Source: Candidatus Oxydemutatoraceae bacterium
Lineage (GTDB): Bacteria; Pseudomonadota; Gammaproteobacteria; Poriferisulfidales; Oxydemutatoraceae
Reading direction: 5' to 3'
Assembly: GCA_965226235.1 (NCBI GenBank)
Contig: OZ245335.1
Location: 1,066,375 to 1,130,374, forward strand
DNA: 64,000 bases
In this document: piece by piece, positions 39,806 through 52,088 of the stretch
Position numbering within the stretch: the stretch's first letter is position 1
Layout: the number at the start of each line of letters is the position of its first letter
Position numbers and translations under genes: made by a program
Notes under the pieces: generated by a model
Told to the model about the DNA's origin: nothing
The model's database searches: none
Seen by the model: only the letters and a program-made list of their open reading frames with translations

Positions 39806-42343
39806 ATGGACGGTAGAAGCATTCCTCACATCCTCCACCAGACGTGGAAAAGTAAAAAACTTCCACGAAGCCTCGCCCGGTTTCGGCAATCCTGGTTGAA
39901 CACGCATCCCGGGTGGGAACACCGCTTGTGGACCGACGAAGACAACCGCGCGTTCCTGCAAAAATACTATGCCTGGTTTCTGCCCGTCTACGACGGCTAT
40001 GACAAGACAATCATGCGGGTGGACGCGATCAGGTACTTTTTTCTGTACCATTTTGGTGGCGTATACGCCGATCTGGATCTTGAGTGTTTACGCCCGATCG
40101 AACCTCTGCTTGAAAACAAACAGGTGGTTATCGGCTGCGAACCACCCGAACACCTGACCGACTATGAAGGTGTCGGAGGAAATAGTAGAATACTGTGCAA
40201 CGCTTTCATGGCCTCGGTTCCGAAGCACGGCTTCTGGGAATATGTCATCCATGCGTTGCCGTCCTGTTGCGACGTGAGCGACCCGCTGTCAGCCACCGGG
40301 CCTTTTTTTCTCACCAAGGTGGGTGAAGCTTACGAGGACAAACAACTCCTCTCCATTGAGTCCCATGAAACTCTGTATCCGCTCGATAAAAATAAAACCG
40401 GTGGTCGTCGACGCGTCCAGCCGGCACTTGACCATGCGTACACAATCCATCACTGGAGGGGCTCGTGGTGGACGCCCGCCGGTTCCCCGACGGCCATTGC
40501 GAACAACGCCATGAAAAGAGCAACAGAACTTTCTGCGCGGCTGCTCACAGAAATCAAACCCTGGCTCAGACGCGCCTACTTGCTGATTCATCCGGACAGG
40601 GCGTTTCGCTACCTCTTGCACCTGACAGTGAGCGCGTCTTCACGCTTGACGTTCGTAAATGACGATATCCCCTCCGGGCAGATAGGAGTTGCAAAAGTAT
40701 CTGGAGGGGTCTGCATCGCGCGCGTCTCGGTCGACAAGCTGGCGGCGCAGGCTGCGCTTGAAAAATCAGGTTGTCCGCTGGTGTCTTGCCTGATGGTGAC
40801 CCGTGAGCGACTTGCCCTCGCTCAGAGAGCAATTCAATGCTTCCGCAGACAGACTTATCCGAACCGGGAACTGGTCGTTATCGACGACGACCCGAGCGAT
40901 GAACTGAAGCACTGGATCGACGCCTTGCAGGATCCGCAGATTCGACACGTAAAGCTCTCAGGGAACAAGACTTTGGGCGAGTTGCGACAAATCTCAATGA
41001 GAGAAGCGCGCGGAGAATACGTGGCAGTATGGGACGATGATGACATCTATCACCCCGAACGGCTGCAGATGCAGATGCTGTCGATCTCAACGTTAAGCGT
41101 CGACGCCTGTTTTCTTCACAGGCACTTGTTATGGTCTCCCGAAAGAAGATACCTGTGTATCTCTGCGTACCGATTGTGCGAAGGCACAATGGTCGCGAAA
41201 AAAGAAAAACTGAGTGCCTACCAGGCTCTGGACAAGGGCGAAGATACGCTCTTATGCCATGAGCTGATCAAAAAATCGGATATTGCACTGTGCGATGGGC
41301 CAGGCCTGTACATCTATGTATTCCACGGCAGGAACACCTGGGGTACAACCCACTTCAAGAAAATATTTCACCATGCGTCACGGGAGTATACCGGTAGCGA
41401 GTACGACCGTGCGTTGATCGATCTGCAAAAAAAATTCGGCTGCACGCTCGATCAGCACGCGCCGGCATTTGCTGATGTCGCGCAGCAGATCAAAAACTCA
41501 TCCGGGGAAAGCTCATCCGGGAACAAGGTGCCAACATCCACGTCGTCCGGCCCCGCTTCGTCCGGAAATGGCACCGATCGCACGCCGCATATCCTGGTAT
41601 TGACACCAGTGAAAAACGCCACGCCGCATCTACAGCGGTTCGTCGAAAATCTGAATGCTTCCACGTACCTTAAAAATAAAATGTCCCTGGCGTTTCTCGA
41701 GAGCGACAGTGATGACGGTACTTACGAGGAGTTGGAAAAAGTGCTGCCACTATTGCGCGAGCGCTACGTGCGCGCCGAACTGTTCAAGCGCGATTTTGGA
41801 TATCGTCCCTCGCGCCCCCGATGGGACATCAGCGAGCAGTTTACCCGTCGTTCGATTCTCGCCAGAAGCCGCAATTTGTTGATGAACCTCGCGCTACGCG
41901 ATGAAGACTGGGTGCTCTGGATGGACGTAGACCTGCTAAGGTGGCCTGCCGATGCCATCGAGAGATTGCTGTCCCCGGGCGAAGATATCATCGTGCCGCA
42001 TTGCGTCAAACCCGACGGCGACACGTTTGACCTCAACACCTTTGTTCTTGACGAAAACGCCGATCAACTGAACTGGGAGAGATACGTTTGCGATGGCATT
42101 TTGCAACCCCCGATAGGCTTCGGGCGCCGCTACCTGGGAGAATTTACCGGGCACGAGCGCGTAGAAGTCGACGGTGTCGGCGGCACGATGCTGCTGGTGC
42201 GCGCCGATATTCACAGGCAGGGTCTGGTATACCCCGCGTGTGCCTTCGACTTTTACATTGAAACCGAAGGGTTGGCAAGAATGGCAAAGGGGATGGGATA
42301 CAGTCCCTGCGGTCTACCTGACCTGACCATTGTGCACAGTTAA
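39806..42343 (+). CDS. Large multidomain glycosyltransferase (845 aa). It has an N-terminal DXD sugar-binding GT domain (OCH1/TcdA-like), a central GT2-like domain and a C-terminal domain of unclear family.
   Basis: N-terminal HQTWKSKKLP...YADLDLE motif, central CLMVTRERLA...ELVVIDDD and a further DVDLL-containing C-terminal region. Confidence 0.65.
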   Translation: MDGRSIPHILHQTWKSKKLPRSLARFRQSWLNTHPGWEHRLWTDEDNRAFLQKYYAWFLPVYDGYDKTIMRVDAIRYFFLYHFGGVYADLDLECLRPIEPLLENKQVVIGCEPPEHLTDYEGVGGNSRILCNAFMASVPKHGFWEYVIHALPSCCDVSDPLSATGPFFLTKVGEAYEDKQLLSIESHETLYPLDKNKTGGRRRVQPALDHAYTIHHWRGSWWTPAGSPTAIANNAMKRATELSARLLTEIKPWLRRAYLLIHPDRAFRYLLHLTVSASSRLTFVNDDIPSGQIGVAKVSGGVCIARVSVDKLAAQAALEKSGCPLVSCLMVTRERLALAQRAIQCFRRQTYPNRELVVIDDDPSDELKHWIDALQDPQIRHVKLSGNKTLGELRQISMREARGEYVAVWDDDDIYHPERLQMQMLSISTLSVDACFLHRHLLWSPERRYLCISAYRLCEGTMVAKKEKLSAYQALDKGEDTLLCHELIKKSDIALCDGPGLYIYVFHGRNTWGTTHFKKIFHHASREYTGSEYDRALIDLQKKFGCTLDQHAPAFADVAQQIKNSSGESSSGNKVPTSTSSGPASSGNGTDRTPHILVLTPVKNATPHLQRFVENLNASTYLKNKMSLAFLESDSDDGTYEELEKVLPLLRERYVRAELFKRDFGYRPSRPRWDISEQFTRRSILARSRNLLMNLALRDEDWVLWMDVDLLRWPADAIERLLSPGEDIIVPHCVKPDGDTFDLNTFVLDENADQLNWERYVCDGILQPPIGFGRRYLGEFTGHERVEVDGVGGTMLLVRADIHRQGLVYPACAFDFYIETEGLARMAKGMGYSPCGLPDLTIVHS

Positions 42344-43419
42344 ACAGGGGCAGGTCCGATCGAGTCCGGACCACCAAACCGATGAACGGCTTCAATCAGA
42401 GCCATGACGTTTTCAACCGGCACGTCAGGCGTGATCCCGTGCCCTAAATTAAATACATGCCCTGGCCCGGGGCCAAAATCGTGGATGATCCTGCGCGCCT
42501 CCTCACGAATACGCTGCGGCGATTCGCACAGAACGGCCGGATCCAGGTTTCCCTGCAAAGCGACTTTATCGCCTACCCGTCTGCGTGCTTCCCCGATATT
42601 CGATTCTTGATCTATACCCAATGCGTCACAGCCGCTATCCGCCATCTCCTCAAACCAGCGACCCTTGCTTCTGGTAAACAGAACGCGCGGGATTATTTTA
42701 TTCTCATGCGTGCGATACAGCCTTTCGATCGCGCGTTTGGTCGGCTCCAGCGAAAATGCAGGATATTTACTATCGGATAAAACGCCTCCCCAGGTATCGA
42801 AGATCATGACGCATTGGGCGCCGGCTTCAATCTGCGCGTTCAAATGCGCGGCAACCGCAGCGCTTAGCTTTTCCAGCAACGACCCGAGCAAGCGTGGCCG
42901 CTCACGCATCATCTTCAGGATCTGGCTGAAATCACTGCCGCTTGCACCCTCGATCATATAGACCGCCAACGTCCAGGGACTGCCGACAAAGCCAATGAGC
43001 GGCACTTTGCCGTCCAACTCGCTCCTGACCAGACGAATCGCATCGAGCACGTAGCCGAGGTCTTCCTCGGGGACTGGCTGGCGCAGTGCCGTGAGTGCTT
43101 TTTCATCGCGTATCGGATTCCGGAACCTGGGTCCCTGCCCCTCGATGAATTCCAGTTCAAGCCCCATCGCTTCAGGAATCACCAGGATATCGGAAAAAAT
43201 GATCGCGGCGTCGAAATCGAAACGCTCAAGCGGCTGTAGCGTAACCTCACAAACGAGTTCCGGTGTTTTGCAAAGTGTCAGAAAGTCTCGCGCCTGCTCG
43301 CGCACCCTCCGATACTCTGGAAGATAACGCCCGGCCTGGCGCATAATCCAGATCGGTGTCCTGTCAACGGGTTGCTTCAGTAGCGCGTTGATCAAGCGAT
43401 GGTTGCCTGATTCACCCAT
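42340..43419 (-). CDS. hemE: Uroporphyrinogen decarboxylase
   Basis: RTPIWIMRQAGRYLPEY motif. The start was chosen at MGESGNHRLINALL by homology. Confidence 0.9.
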   Translation of the reverse strand: MGESGNHRLINALLKQPVDRTPIWIMRQAGRYLPEYRRVREQARDFLTLCKTPELVCEVTLQPLERFDFDAAIIFSDILVIPEAMGLELEFIEGQGPRFRNPIRDEKALTALRQPVPEEDLGYVLDAIRLVRSELDGKVPLIGFVGSPWTLAVYMIEGASGSDFSQILKMMRERPRLLGSLLEKLSAAVAAHLNAQIEAGAQCVMIFDTWGGVLSDSKYPAFSLEPTKRAIERLYRTHENKIIPRVLFTRSKGRWFEEMADSGCDALGIDQESNIGEARRRVGDKVALQGNLDPAVLCESPQRIREEARRIIHDFGPGPGHVFNLGHGITPDVPVENVMALIEAVHRFGGPDSIGPAPV

Positions 43420-43423
43420 ACGA

Positions 43424-44845
<1,422 letters not shown>

Positions 44846-44998
44846 TCAACCAGTACCCGCTATCATACAGACAGATACTCATGTTTTGCACTTTGCAGCG
44901 CGCCCCACCAAGTGTCAAGCCGCCCGGGCGCGTGTACAGGCACTGCAAACACTAGTGGAGATGCCCGGAGCCCGCTGTCGACGGCCCCGAGAGGAAGA

Positions 44999-45220
44999 TC
45001 AACGATGGTACCTGTTGCTCCGGTGTGGCATGGCGCTGTTGGTGCGACGTCTTTCCCGCTTCACAGCGGCGTCGGCCTTGCGCTTGCGCACGGTGGTGGG
45101 CTTTTCGTGGAACTCGCGCTTTCTGACCTCGGTCAACACCCCGGCTTTCTCGCACGACCTGCGGAAACGCCTGAGCGCGACGTCAAAAGGCTCGCTTTCC
45201 TTTACTTTTATTCCGGGCAC
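44999..45220 (-). CDS. rpsU: 30S ribosomal protein S21
   Basis: [42 protein letters not shown] matches RpsU. Confidence 0.85.
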   Translation of the reverse strand: MPGIKVKESEPFDVALRRFRRSCEKAGVLTEVRKREFHEKPTTVRKRKADAAVKRERRRTNSAMPHRSNRYHR

Positions 45221-45345
45221 TCTTTCCTACCATGATGATTCTTGATCGACGGTGGATTATACAGCCCCAGACAAGGTATGCAAAACACCCGTCGTATAAT
45301 CGGGCAACCTTCACCGTACCAGGAACAATGACACTGGAATAAAGG

Positions 45346-46497
45346 ATGCCGGACACCATACCACCAGACTCCGTCGGGCTGGTCAAACCCCGCCAGATCA
45401 ATATACGACGTGAGCTACCACTCGACTGCGGAAGCAGGTTGCCGGAATTTTCCCTTTCCTACGAGACTTATGGGCAACTGAACCCGGCAAAAAGCAACGC
45501 GATCCTGGTTTGCCACGCGCTGTCCAGCGACCAGCACGCGGCGGGATACCACTCGATGGACGATAAGAAGCCCGGGTGGTGGGACGTCTGTATAGGCCCG
45601 GGCAAGCCGCTGGATACCAACAAGTTCTACGTGGTGGCACCAAACAATATCGGCGGCTGCAAAGGAAGCACCGGGCCAAACACGGCCAATCCGGCCGGCG
45701 GCGGATTATACGCCGCGAGCTTTCCCATCGTCACCGTTGCCGACTGGGTGAAAAGCCAGAGCTACCTTGCGGACGCGCTGGGCATCAAGTGCTGGGCCGC
45801 CGTGGTCGGAGGCAGCCTCGGCGGCATGCAAGCGATGCAGTGGGCAATAGATTATCCCGACCGCTTGCGCTATGCGGTAATCATCGCTGCCGCGGCAAAG
45901 CTGTCGGCACAGAACATCGCGTTCAACGAAGTGGCAAGGCAGGCCATCATTTCCGACCCAGCCTTCAAGGGTGGAAATTATTACGCGCACGGACAACCAC
46001 GGAAAGGGCTGATGCTGGCACGGATGCTGGGTCATATCACCTATCTTTCAGAAGACGCGATGCGCAGGAAGTTTGGCCGCGAGCAGCGCGAAAACAAGCT
46101 TGGCTTTGGTTTCGACGTCGATTTCCAGGTCGAGAGCTATCTTCGCCATCAAGGAGAGTCTTTCGTCGACCGCTTCGACGCGAATACCTATCTGCTAATG
46201 ACCAAAGTGCTGGATTATTTTGATCCGGCTTCCGACTACGATAACGATTTATCGAAAGCCTTCATGAAAACCAGCGCAAAATTCCTGGTGCTGTCTTTCA
46301 CAACCGACTGGCGCTTTGCACCAGAGCGTTCGCGCGAAATCGTCAGGGCCCTGCTGGCGGCAGGCAAGCCGGTCAGCTATGCCGAGGTTGAAACGCCCGA
46401 TGGGCACGACGCGTTTCTGAAGCCAATACCGGATTACCTGGCAATCTTCGGCGCCTATATGGAAAACGTCAGTTCGGAGATAAGCAGTGCGGGTTGA
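45346..46497 (+). CDS. metX: Homoserine O-acetyltransferase
   Basis: Alpha/beta-hydrolase fold with the GGSLGGMQA nucleophile elbow and MetX-wide similarity. Confidence 0.9.
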   Translation: MPDTIPPDSVGLVKPRQINIRRELPLDCGSRLPEFSLSYETYGQLNPAKSNAILVCHALSSDQHAAGYHSMDDKKPGWWDVCIGPGKPLDTNKFYVVAPNNIGGCKGSTGPNTANPAGGGLYAASFPIVTVADWVKSQSYLADALGIKCWAAVVGGSLGGMQAMQWAIDYPDRLRYAVIIAAAAKLSAQNIAFNEVARQAIISDPAFKGGNYYAHGQPRKGLMLARMLGHITYLSEDAMRRKFGREQRENKLGFGFDVDFQVESYLRHQGESFVDRFDANTYLLMTKVLDYFDPASDYDNDLSKAFMKTSAKFLVLSFTTDWRFAPERSREIVRALLAAGKPVSYAEVETPDGHDAFLKPIPDYLAIFGAYMENVSSEISSAG

Positions 46498-47083
46498 TCT
46501 GGAAATTATTCACGATTGGATCCAGCCGGGATCAAGTGTGCTTGACCTTGGCTGCGGAGACGGCAGCTTGCTGGACAATCTTGCCAGGGTGCGTGGTATA
46601 GAAGGGGTTGGACTGGAGATAGACATTGGCAACATCGCTCGGTGCATCAAACGAGGCGTTAACGTGATTCAAGCAGATCTGGACAAGGGTTTATCCGACT
46701 ATTTCCAACGCCGGCGTTTCGATTACGTGGTAATGACGCAAACGCTGCAGGCGATCCACCGTCCGGCAAAACTGCTCAACGAAATGCTCGGCATTGGCAG
46801 GGAGGGCATCGTCACGTTTCCCAACATGGGGTATTGGGAAAGTCGCTCCCAGTTGTTTTTCAAGGGAACGATGCCGATGACCAAGGCCTTGCCCGCAAAC
46901 TGGTTTGACACTGAAAATATTCACCTGTGCACCATCAAGGATTTCGAAAACCTCTGCCGGGACAGTAGCATCCGCATCCTCGAGCGCATCGCGGTGGACC
47001 ATGCCCACAGGGGCGGCTTCGGCACTCGCCTGATACCCAATCTGGTTGGAGAAATCGCCGTATATCGAATCACCCGCTATTGA
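46487..47083 (+). CDS. metW: Methionine biosynthesis protein MetW
   Basis: MetW-like SAM-methyltransferase fold ([12 protein letters not shown]), overlapping the metX stop. Confidence 0.88.
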   Translation: MRVDLEIIHDWIQPGSSVLDLGCGDGSLLDNLARVRGIEGVGLEIDIGNIARCIKRGVNVIQADLDKGLSDYFQRRRFDYVVMTQTLQAIHRPAKLLNEMLGIGREGIVTFPNMGYWESRSQLFFKGTMPMTKALPANWFDTENIHLCTIKDFENLCRDSSIRILERIAVDHAHRGGFGTRLIPNLVGEIAVYRITRY

Positions 47084-47120
47084 CCGGCGACCACCCGAGG
47101 GAAAGCAACCGGCGCCACGA

Positions 47121-47570
47121 TCACCCCTTGCTTGCCCGATAACGCCCCCGAACAAAATGCACGTGCGTTACATGCAATAAATCGGCTATTTTTCTGATCC
47201 GGTGTTCTTCGTGCGGATCCAGACTGCCGTCCGCATAAGCGATGGACCACAAGTCTTCGACCAACTGAACCTTGCCTCCGGGGGACATGTGTTCGTTGAC
47301 AATAGTCAGGTATTCATGCATCGACACGCTTTGCCGCTGCTCAGCAACGGCGCTACCCAGCAGTGCCTCAGCCTCGGCGGCACTCAGGCCGTAGCGCTGC
47401 GCCAGCCGCGCAGAAGCCGCTTTCAGCTCCCTTTGGTCGATCTCAAAATCAGCGTGGCTGACCTCGACCAGCAATACCGCGTTGGCCAACTGAAGCGCAC
47501 GCTGCTCATTGTCTTCCTGCGATTGCCTCGGGCGCTGCAACGCTCCCTTGAGTTTTTCAATCAATGACAT
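47121..47570 (-). CDS. TerB-family (tellurite-resistance-like) protein
   Basis: TerB-like helical repeats (ADGSLDPHEEHRIRKIADLLHV). Confidence 0.55.
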   Translation of the reverse strand: MSLIEKLKGALQRPRQSQEDNEQRALQLANAVLLVEVSHADFEIDQRELKAASARLAQRYGLSAAEAEALLGSAVAEQRQSVSMHEYLTIVNEHMSPGGKVQLVEDLWSIAYADGSLDPHEEHRIRKIADLLHVTHVHFVRGRYRASKG

Positions 47571-47978
47571 ACCAGTTCAACAAATCGACAGGCCGGATTC
47601 CAGTAATGTTTCGATCCTGCTGTCTCCAGGTCCACCTGAACCTCGCAGCCAGTATCGCGGCAAGCAACACCGCCCGACTCACGCACCCGGCCAAGGTAAC
47701 ATAAGCCGGAAAACCACCCAGGCGTTTATTTGGTGACAGCCTGACGGTCGCCCACGCAGGTTGGTTATATACCATGAAGCCGATTTTAAGCCAGGCAACT
47801 GCCTTGAGACAATCGATCGGATGGAGGACCGGCAAGCCAGCCTGCTATTTGCCCTGAGGTGACCTGCCTGACTTGGCGCAGATCGCTATGAGACTGCGTC
47901 CCGCGATGATCTTTCCCCCGTAATCCGGTCCATGCGAAGTGAGGATTTTTCCATTCTTCTGACGCGAAAGGCACTCGG

Positions 47979-48200
47979 ATGGTTATGGCATTCGTAGGGG
48001 CGACGCATGCCTCGCCCAACAACACGTCGGTACAAATTCACCCGCAGAGGGCGACACAACCCGGTACAACATGGCCTGCCGGGCACCACCAGCGACGGGG
48101 GTGCCGGCTGTTACAATGGCGCGGTCACTACAATCGGCAACGACCGCATAGCTCACTGGGCTACACGACCTCAGCCGAGTACGCAACACGAGCAGCCTGA
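47979..48200 (+). pseudogene. Remnant of an IS3/rve-family transposase C-terminus
   Basis: Only the final ~25 aa (YNRQRPHSSLGYTTSAEY) resemble the conserved integrase C-terminus (YN..R.HS.LGY..P.E). The region also contains the second REP-like palindrome. Confidence 0.4.
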
Positions 48201-48373
48201 TAAGATGTTTTTTCCTCAGTTCAAGTGGACCTATTATCAGGGGGAAGATCAAATGTATTATCAAAACCCCGAGTCATCGCAAGCCGCATGACTCACATAA
48301 AACTGTCTCCGATGAGTCCGGGGCGAACCAATCTGCATTTGATAACGGAGTTGAAGAAAATAAGTCACCTCAA

Positions 48374-49966
48374 ATGAGTTCAGACCATAGCCAACCCGAG
48401 CCGACCCCAAACCTGGTACCCCTGCGTGGGTGCGCGATGAGTGGCTACGGCATGGGATCCTGGACGAAAGTCACCGCATCGCCCATCTCGGAGTTTTTCG
48501 GGCAACTCCAGGCACAGGGAACATTGAACGTTGCGCTGGACAAACCGATGCGGTTTAACCTGGATAAGGCCGTGTTTACTAACAACGAGCGCTATTATTG
48601 GGCCGCAGAAATCAATGGGAGTCGTTGCCTGATTAAAAGAGAGAAAAAAGACCCCTTACATCTCGTTGAAATTCTATCTCCCCATATACTCAGGAAAAAA
48701 TTTCATTTGAAAGACGGTAGCAGCGTAGAAATAAAGGTCCCCTCCGATTCCATCCAGAAACTATCCTGGGAGACCAAAGTAATCTGGAGCATTTTCTGGC
48801 AAGGAAGAAGCACCTGGCATTACCGCAGAACCTATCGAGTGCTGATAGGGCCATTCTGGCTACTTCGCAGGCGGGCGTGTCAATCAGTCGATTACCGACC
48901 CAGGCTATGGAGTTCAAAAAAGCTTCGGGCCGATACTTCAATCTGCCACATCAATCTGGCGCGCAACCGGAATTTGCGCGGAGGTGAACGGCAGACAGAA
49001 CTCCTGGTCAAGGCACTTGCCACCGAGGGAATCCCGAGGCAAGGCATCATCGTACTGCAACATGGTCCTTTGGCAAACCGACTTCAAAACAGTGCAAATC
49101 TGGAAGTTTGTCGAGTACGTAACCGGTTGTCAGCACTATTCGCGTGTCGGGGTGCGTCCCTGCTACACGCGCATGAAGCGCATGCAGCTCAGGTGGCATA
49201 CGCTGCCGCCAGACTGTTTGGCGCACGGTACCTGATTACGCGTCGGCTGACGAAACCTGTTCGCTCCAATCCATACAGCACTGCCGTATACCGGAACGCG
49301 CAGACTGTAGTTGCCTTGACAGAAGCGAGCGAGGAAAGCCTTCGGGGACATTTCCCGATCACCCGCATTCCAGATGCGTGGAATCCGGAACCTGCCGATC
49401 CTGATGCCATACGTGAAATCAAGGAAAAATTTGCGGGCAAATTTCTCATCGGATATGTCGCCGCGATGGACGGCCCGGAAAAAGGGCATGCCGTCCTGCT
49501 CGAAGCAGCGAGAATTCTGCAACAGGATTCGCCCGGCATCCAGTTTCTTTTGCTTGGGAGCGGCAGCCTGGAAGAAAAACTCCAGCGTCAGGCCAGGGAT
49601 GTAAGCAATGTGTATTTCGCCGGCTGGGTCGACAATCCTGTAACGTGGATTCGCGCTTTTGATCTCTTCGCCTTTCCTTCGTTGGTTGAGGCACTGGGGT
49701 CCAACCTGCTGGATGCGTTGCACGCAGGTGTACCTGTCGTAGCAAGCCGCGTGGATGGGATTCCGGAAATTGTCACTGATCGTTGCGGGGTATTGGTTCC
49801 CCCTGGAGATGCGAAAGCACTGGCAAAACAGTTGGGGCAGTTGTATCGATCACGGGAGTTGAGACAGAGCTTATCCGAGAAGGGAATGGAAAGAGCGAAA
49901 CAATACAGCCCTGAACTGATGGCGAGAAAGTATATGGAAATCTACCGGGACCTTGGATTGACCTGA
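48374..49966 (+). CDS. Glycosyltransferase family 4 with an unusual ~170-aa N-terminal extension of unknown function (alternatively a GT starting near a GTG at ~48839)
   Basis: The C-terminal 330 aa carry GT4 motifs (HINLARNRNLRGGE..., EALGSNLLDALHAGVPVVAS). The N-terminal region has no recognisable family. Confidence 0.65.
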   Translation: MSSDHSQPEPTPNLVPLRGCAMSGYGMGSWTKVTASPISEFFGQLQAQGTLNVALDKPMRFNLDKAVFTNNERYYWAAEINGSRCLIKREKKDPLHLVEILSPHILRKKFHLKDGSSVEIKVPSDSIQKLSWETKVIWSIFWQGRSTWHYRRTYRVLIGPFWLLRRRACQSVDYRPRLWSSKKLRADTSICHINLARNRNLRGGERQTELLVKALATEGIPRQGIIVLQHGPLANRLQNSANLEVCRVRNRLSALFACRGASLLHAHEAHAAQVAYAAARLFGARYLITRRLTKPVRSNPYSTAVYRNAQTVVALTEASEESLRGHFPITRIPDAWNPEPADPDAIREIKEKFAGKFLIGYVAAMDGPEKGHAVLLEAARILQQDSPGIQFLLLGSGSLEEKLQRQARDVSNVYFAGWVDNPVTWIRAFDLFAFPSLVEALGSNLLDALHAGVPVVASRVDGIPEIVTDRCGVLVPPGDAKALAKQLGQLYRSRELRQSLSEKGMERAKQYSPELMARKYMEIYRDLGLT

Positions 49967-50281
49967 AACCAGGACAGGCACGCCTCGTTGCGCTGAAAAT
50001 GCCTGCCTTCTATCCCGAAGGGGCCGACGTCCCGTCCTGCAAAAACGTGAAAGGCATGAACCCGATCGTCACGGGTCATGCGTCTGTCAGTTCCTCAGCC
50101 GTCACCGCCATGAGTTTGAAATAACGTGTCGAGTCTGAAAGGGGTTATCGTCACGACAGCCTGCTCATGCGAATTTTCAGCCGCCAGCCGAACTGCTGGA
50201 CTCTGCTCAGGCAACGGGGTAAGTCATAGCGTGGGGGGTGAATCAAGCGAGTGTGACCTCATCCCCATGTAATATAATACG

Positions 50282-50716
50282 GTGCCAATGGAATGCTCCA
50301 ACGCCCATCTCGGAAACATACCCGTACGCGTCGAAGCAGGCGTCAAGCTGACAGCGGAAAACAAATGCGGTTTCTGCACCAACAGCAAATGTTGCCTGTA
50401 TATAACCCAGGCGATCGACACGCCGAGAAGCAAGCAGGACTTCGAACATCTGCTGTGGCAAGTCTCTCACGGCAACGTAAGAGTGTACAAGGACGAGGAC
50501 GGTTGGTACCTGCTGTTTGAAACGCGTTGCACCCATTTGCGCCCGGGCGGTCTGTGCGGCATATATGAGCAGCGCCCTCAAGTCTGCCGCGATTACAACA
50601 ACGATCATTGTGAATTCGATGAGCCTGCCGAAAACGGATTCATCCTGCATTTCACCGACTACGAGTCGCTGTTGATTTACTGCAAGAAGCGCTTCAAGCG
50701 GTGGGCACGCGGTTGA
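50282..50716 (+). CDS. YkgJ-family zinc/iron-chelating (CxxCxxCC) protein
   Basis: Cys pattern GFCTNSKCCLY...C...GLCGIYEQRPQVCRDY, with a TATAAT -10 ~15 bp upstream. Confidence 0.6.
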   Translation: MPMECSNAHLGNIPVRVEAGVKLTAENKCGFCTNSKCCLYITQAIDTPRSKQDFEHLLWQVSHGNVRVYKDEDGWYLLFETRCTHLRPGGLCGIYEQRPQVCRDYNNDHCEFDEPAENGFILHFTDYESLLIYCKKRFKRWARG

Positions 50717-51561
50717 TGCCGATCCCTCTGCCGCCTTCACTGGATCTCGAAACGCTGCTGGGGCATGTGGTGGCGATCGCAGAAAAAGCCGCCGTCGGCG
50801 TATGCCGGATCTATCGACGTAACTTTACGGTGGATTACAAGGACGACAAATCGCCCCTGACCGAGGCCGATCTGTTCGCGCACGAGATGATCCAGGAAAG
50901 ACTGACGCAAATCACCCCGCAACTGCCGATACTTTCCGAAGAAAGCGGAGACATCTCCTTTGAGGAGCGCGCGGCCTGGGAAACCTATTGGTTGGTTGAT
51001 CCGCTCGACGGTACCCGCGAGTTCATCAACAAACGCGATGATTTCACGGTCAACATTGCCTTGATTCACCGCCACCGCTCAGTGTTGGGGGTCGTTTACG
51101 TGCCGGTGATGCAGACCTGCTACATGGCGACGTTCGGGAAGGGGGCCCGCAAGCGTACTGCCGAGGGGGAAGAGCATACGATACGGGCGCGTGATAGCGC
51201 ACGGGATGATGGGCCGGTCATCGCCGTCAGCATTTCGCACACCGGCGCCACGACCGAAAAGTTCCTGGCCGAGATAGGCAGACACAGCCTGGTGCGCCGT
51301 GGAAGTCTGCTCAAATGCTGCCTGATCGCCGAAGGAAATGCCGATTTTTATCCTCGGTTCGGCAAAACCGGCGAATGGGATACCGCCGCCGGACAGTGCA
51401 TACTCGAAGAATCCGGCGGTGCACTGACCGATTTTTCAGGCGCTCCGCTTCGGTATAACACGCGGCAGTCATTGATCAATCCTCCTTTTGTCGCCTGTGG
51501 GCCCGCGGCGCCCGACTGGCAGGAGGCGATGCAACGCATCGATGGGATCAAGCGCGACTGA
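50701..51561 (+). CDS. cysQ: 3'(2'),5'-bisphosphate nucleotidase
   Basis: Inositol-monophosphatase-family motifs WLVDPLDGTREF and WDTAAG. Confidence 0.85.
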   Translation: MGTRLMPIPLPPSLDLETLLGHVVAIAEKAAVGVCRIYRRNFTVDYKDDKSPLTEADLFAHEMIQERLTQITPQLPILSEESGDISFEERAAWETYWLVDPLDGTREFINKRDDFTVNIALIHRHRSVLGVVYVPVMQTCYMATFGKGARKRTAEGEEHTIRARDSARDDGPVIAVSISHTGATTEKFLAEIGRHSLVRRGSLLKCCLIAEGNADFYPRFGKTGEWDTAAGQCILEESGGALTDFSGAPLRYNTRQSLINPPFVACGPAAPDWQEAMQRIDGIKRD

Positions 51562-51719
51562 CTCACCTGGCGCCTCCCAACCGCACCTTCTCTTCCAGGG
51601 AAAAGCCACGCAACCAGACCCGAAGACCGGAGCAGCCTGAAATTCTCAGGCAAATATCGCTTTACGGCAACAGAAACCGGTAGAGTTCGGCGCTGGGCGA
51701 TCTTGCCACACATAGGGTG

Positions 51720-51792
51720 TGGCCAGAGGCGGAATCGAACCACCGACACGAGGATTTTCAGTCCCCTGCTCTACCGACTGAGCTATCTGGCC
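51720..51792 (-). tRNA. tRNA-Phe (GAA); CCA is not encoded
   Basis: A 73-nt cloverleaf GGCCAGAUAGCUCAGUCGGUAGAGCAGGGGACUGAAAAUCCUC...UCUGGCCA, very similar to E. coli tRNA-Phe. Confidence 0.9.
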
Positions 51793-51815
51793 ACGTGACG
51801 TGATCGGACCCGTTG

Positions 51816-52088
51816 TTATTCTTCCGGCGGGACGAATTCCTGGGGCTTCTCGGAACCTTCACCGAATAGAAACTTCTCCATTTCTTTTTCGAGGAATTTG
51901 CGCGCTTTAGGATCGACCGGGTTCAAGCGGTATTCGTTGATCAGCATGGTTTGATGATTGAGCCACGCCTGCCAGGCTTCCTGGCTGATGTGATCGTATA
52001 GGCGCTGCCCGAGATCGCCTGGATAAGGCGCATATTCAAGACCGGGTGCTTCCTTGTTCAGTTTGCGGCATTTGACGCTACGTACCAT
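51816..52088 (-). CDS. yggX: Fe(II)-trafficking / oxidative-damage-protection protein
   Basis: [36 protein letters not shown] matches YggX. It overlaps the mutY stop by 11 nt, the classic mutY-yggX pair. Confidence 0.85.
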   Translation of the reverse strand: MVRSVKCRKLNKEAPGLEYAPYPGDLGQRLYDHISQEAWQAWLNHQTMLINEYRLNPVDPKARKFLEKEMEKFLFGEGSEKPQEFVPPEE

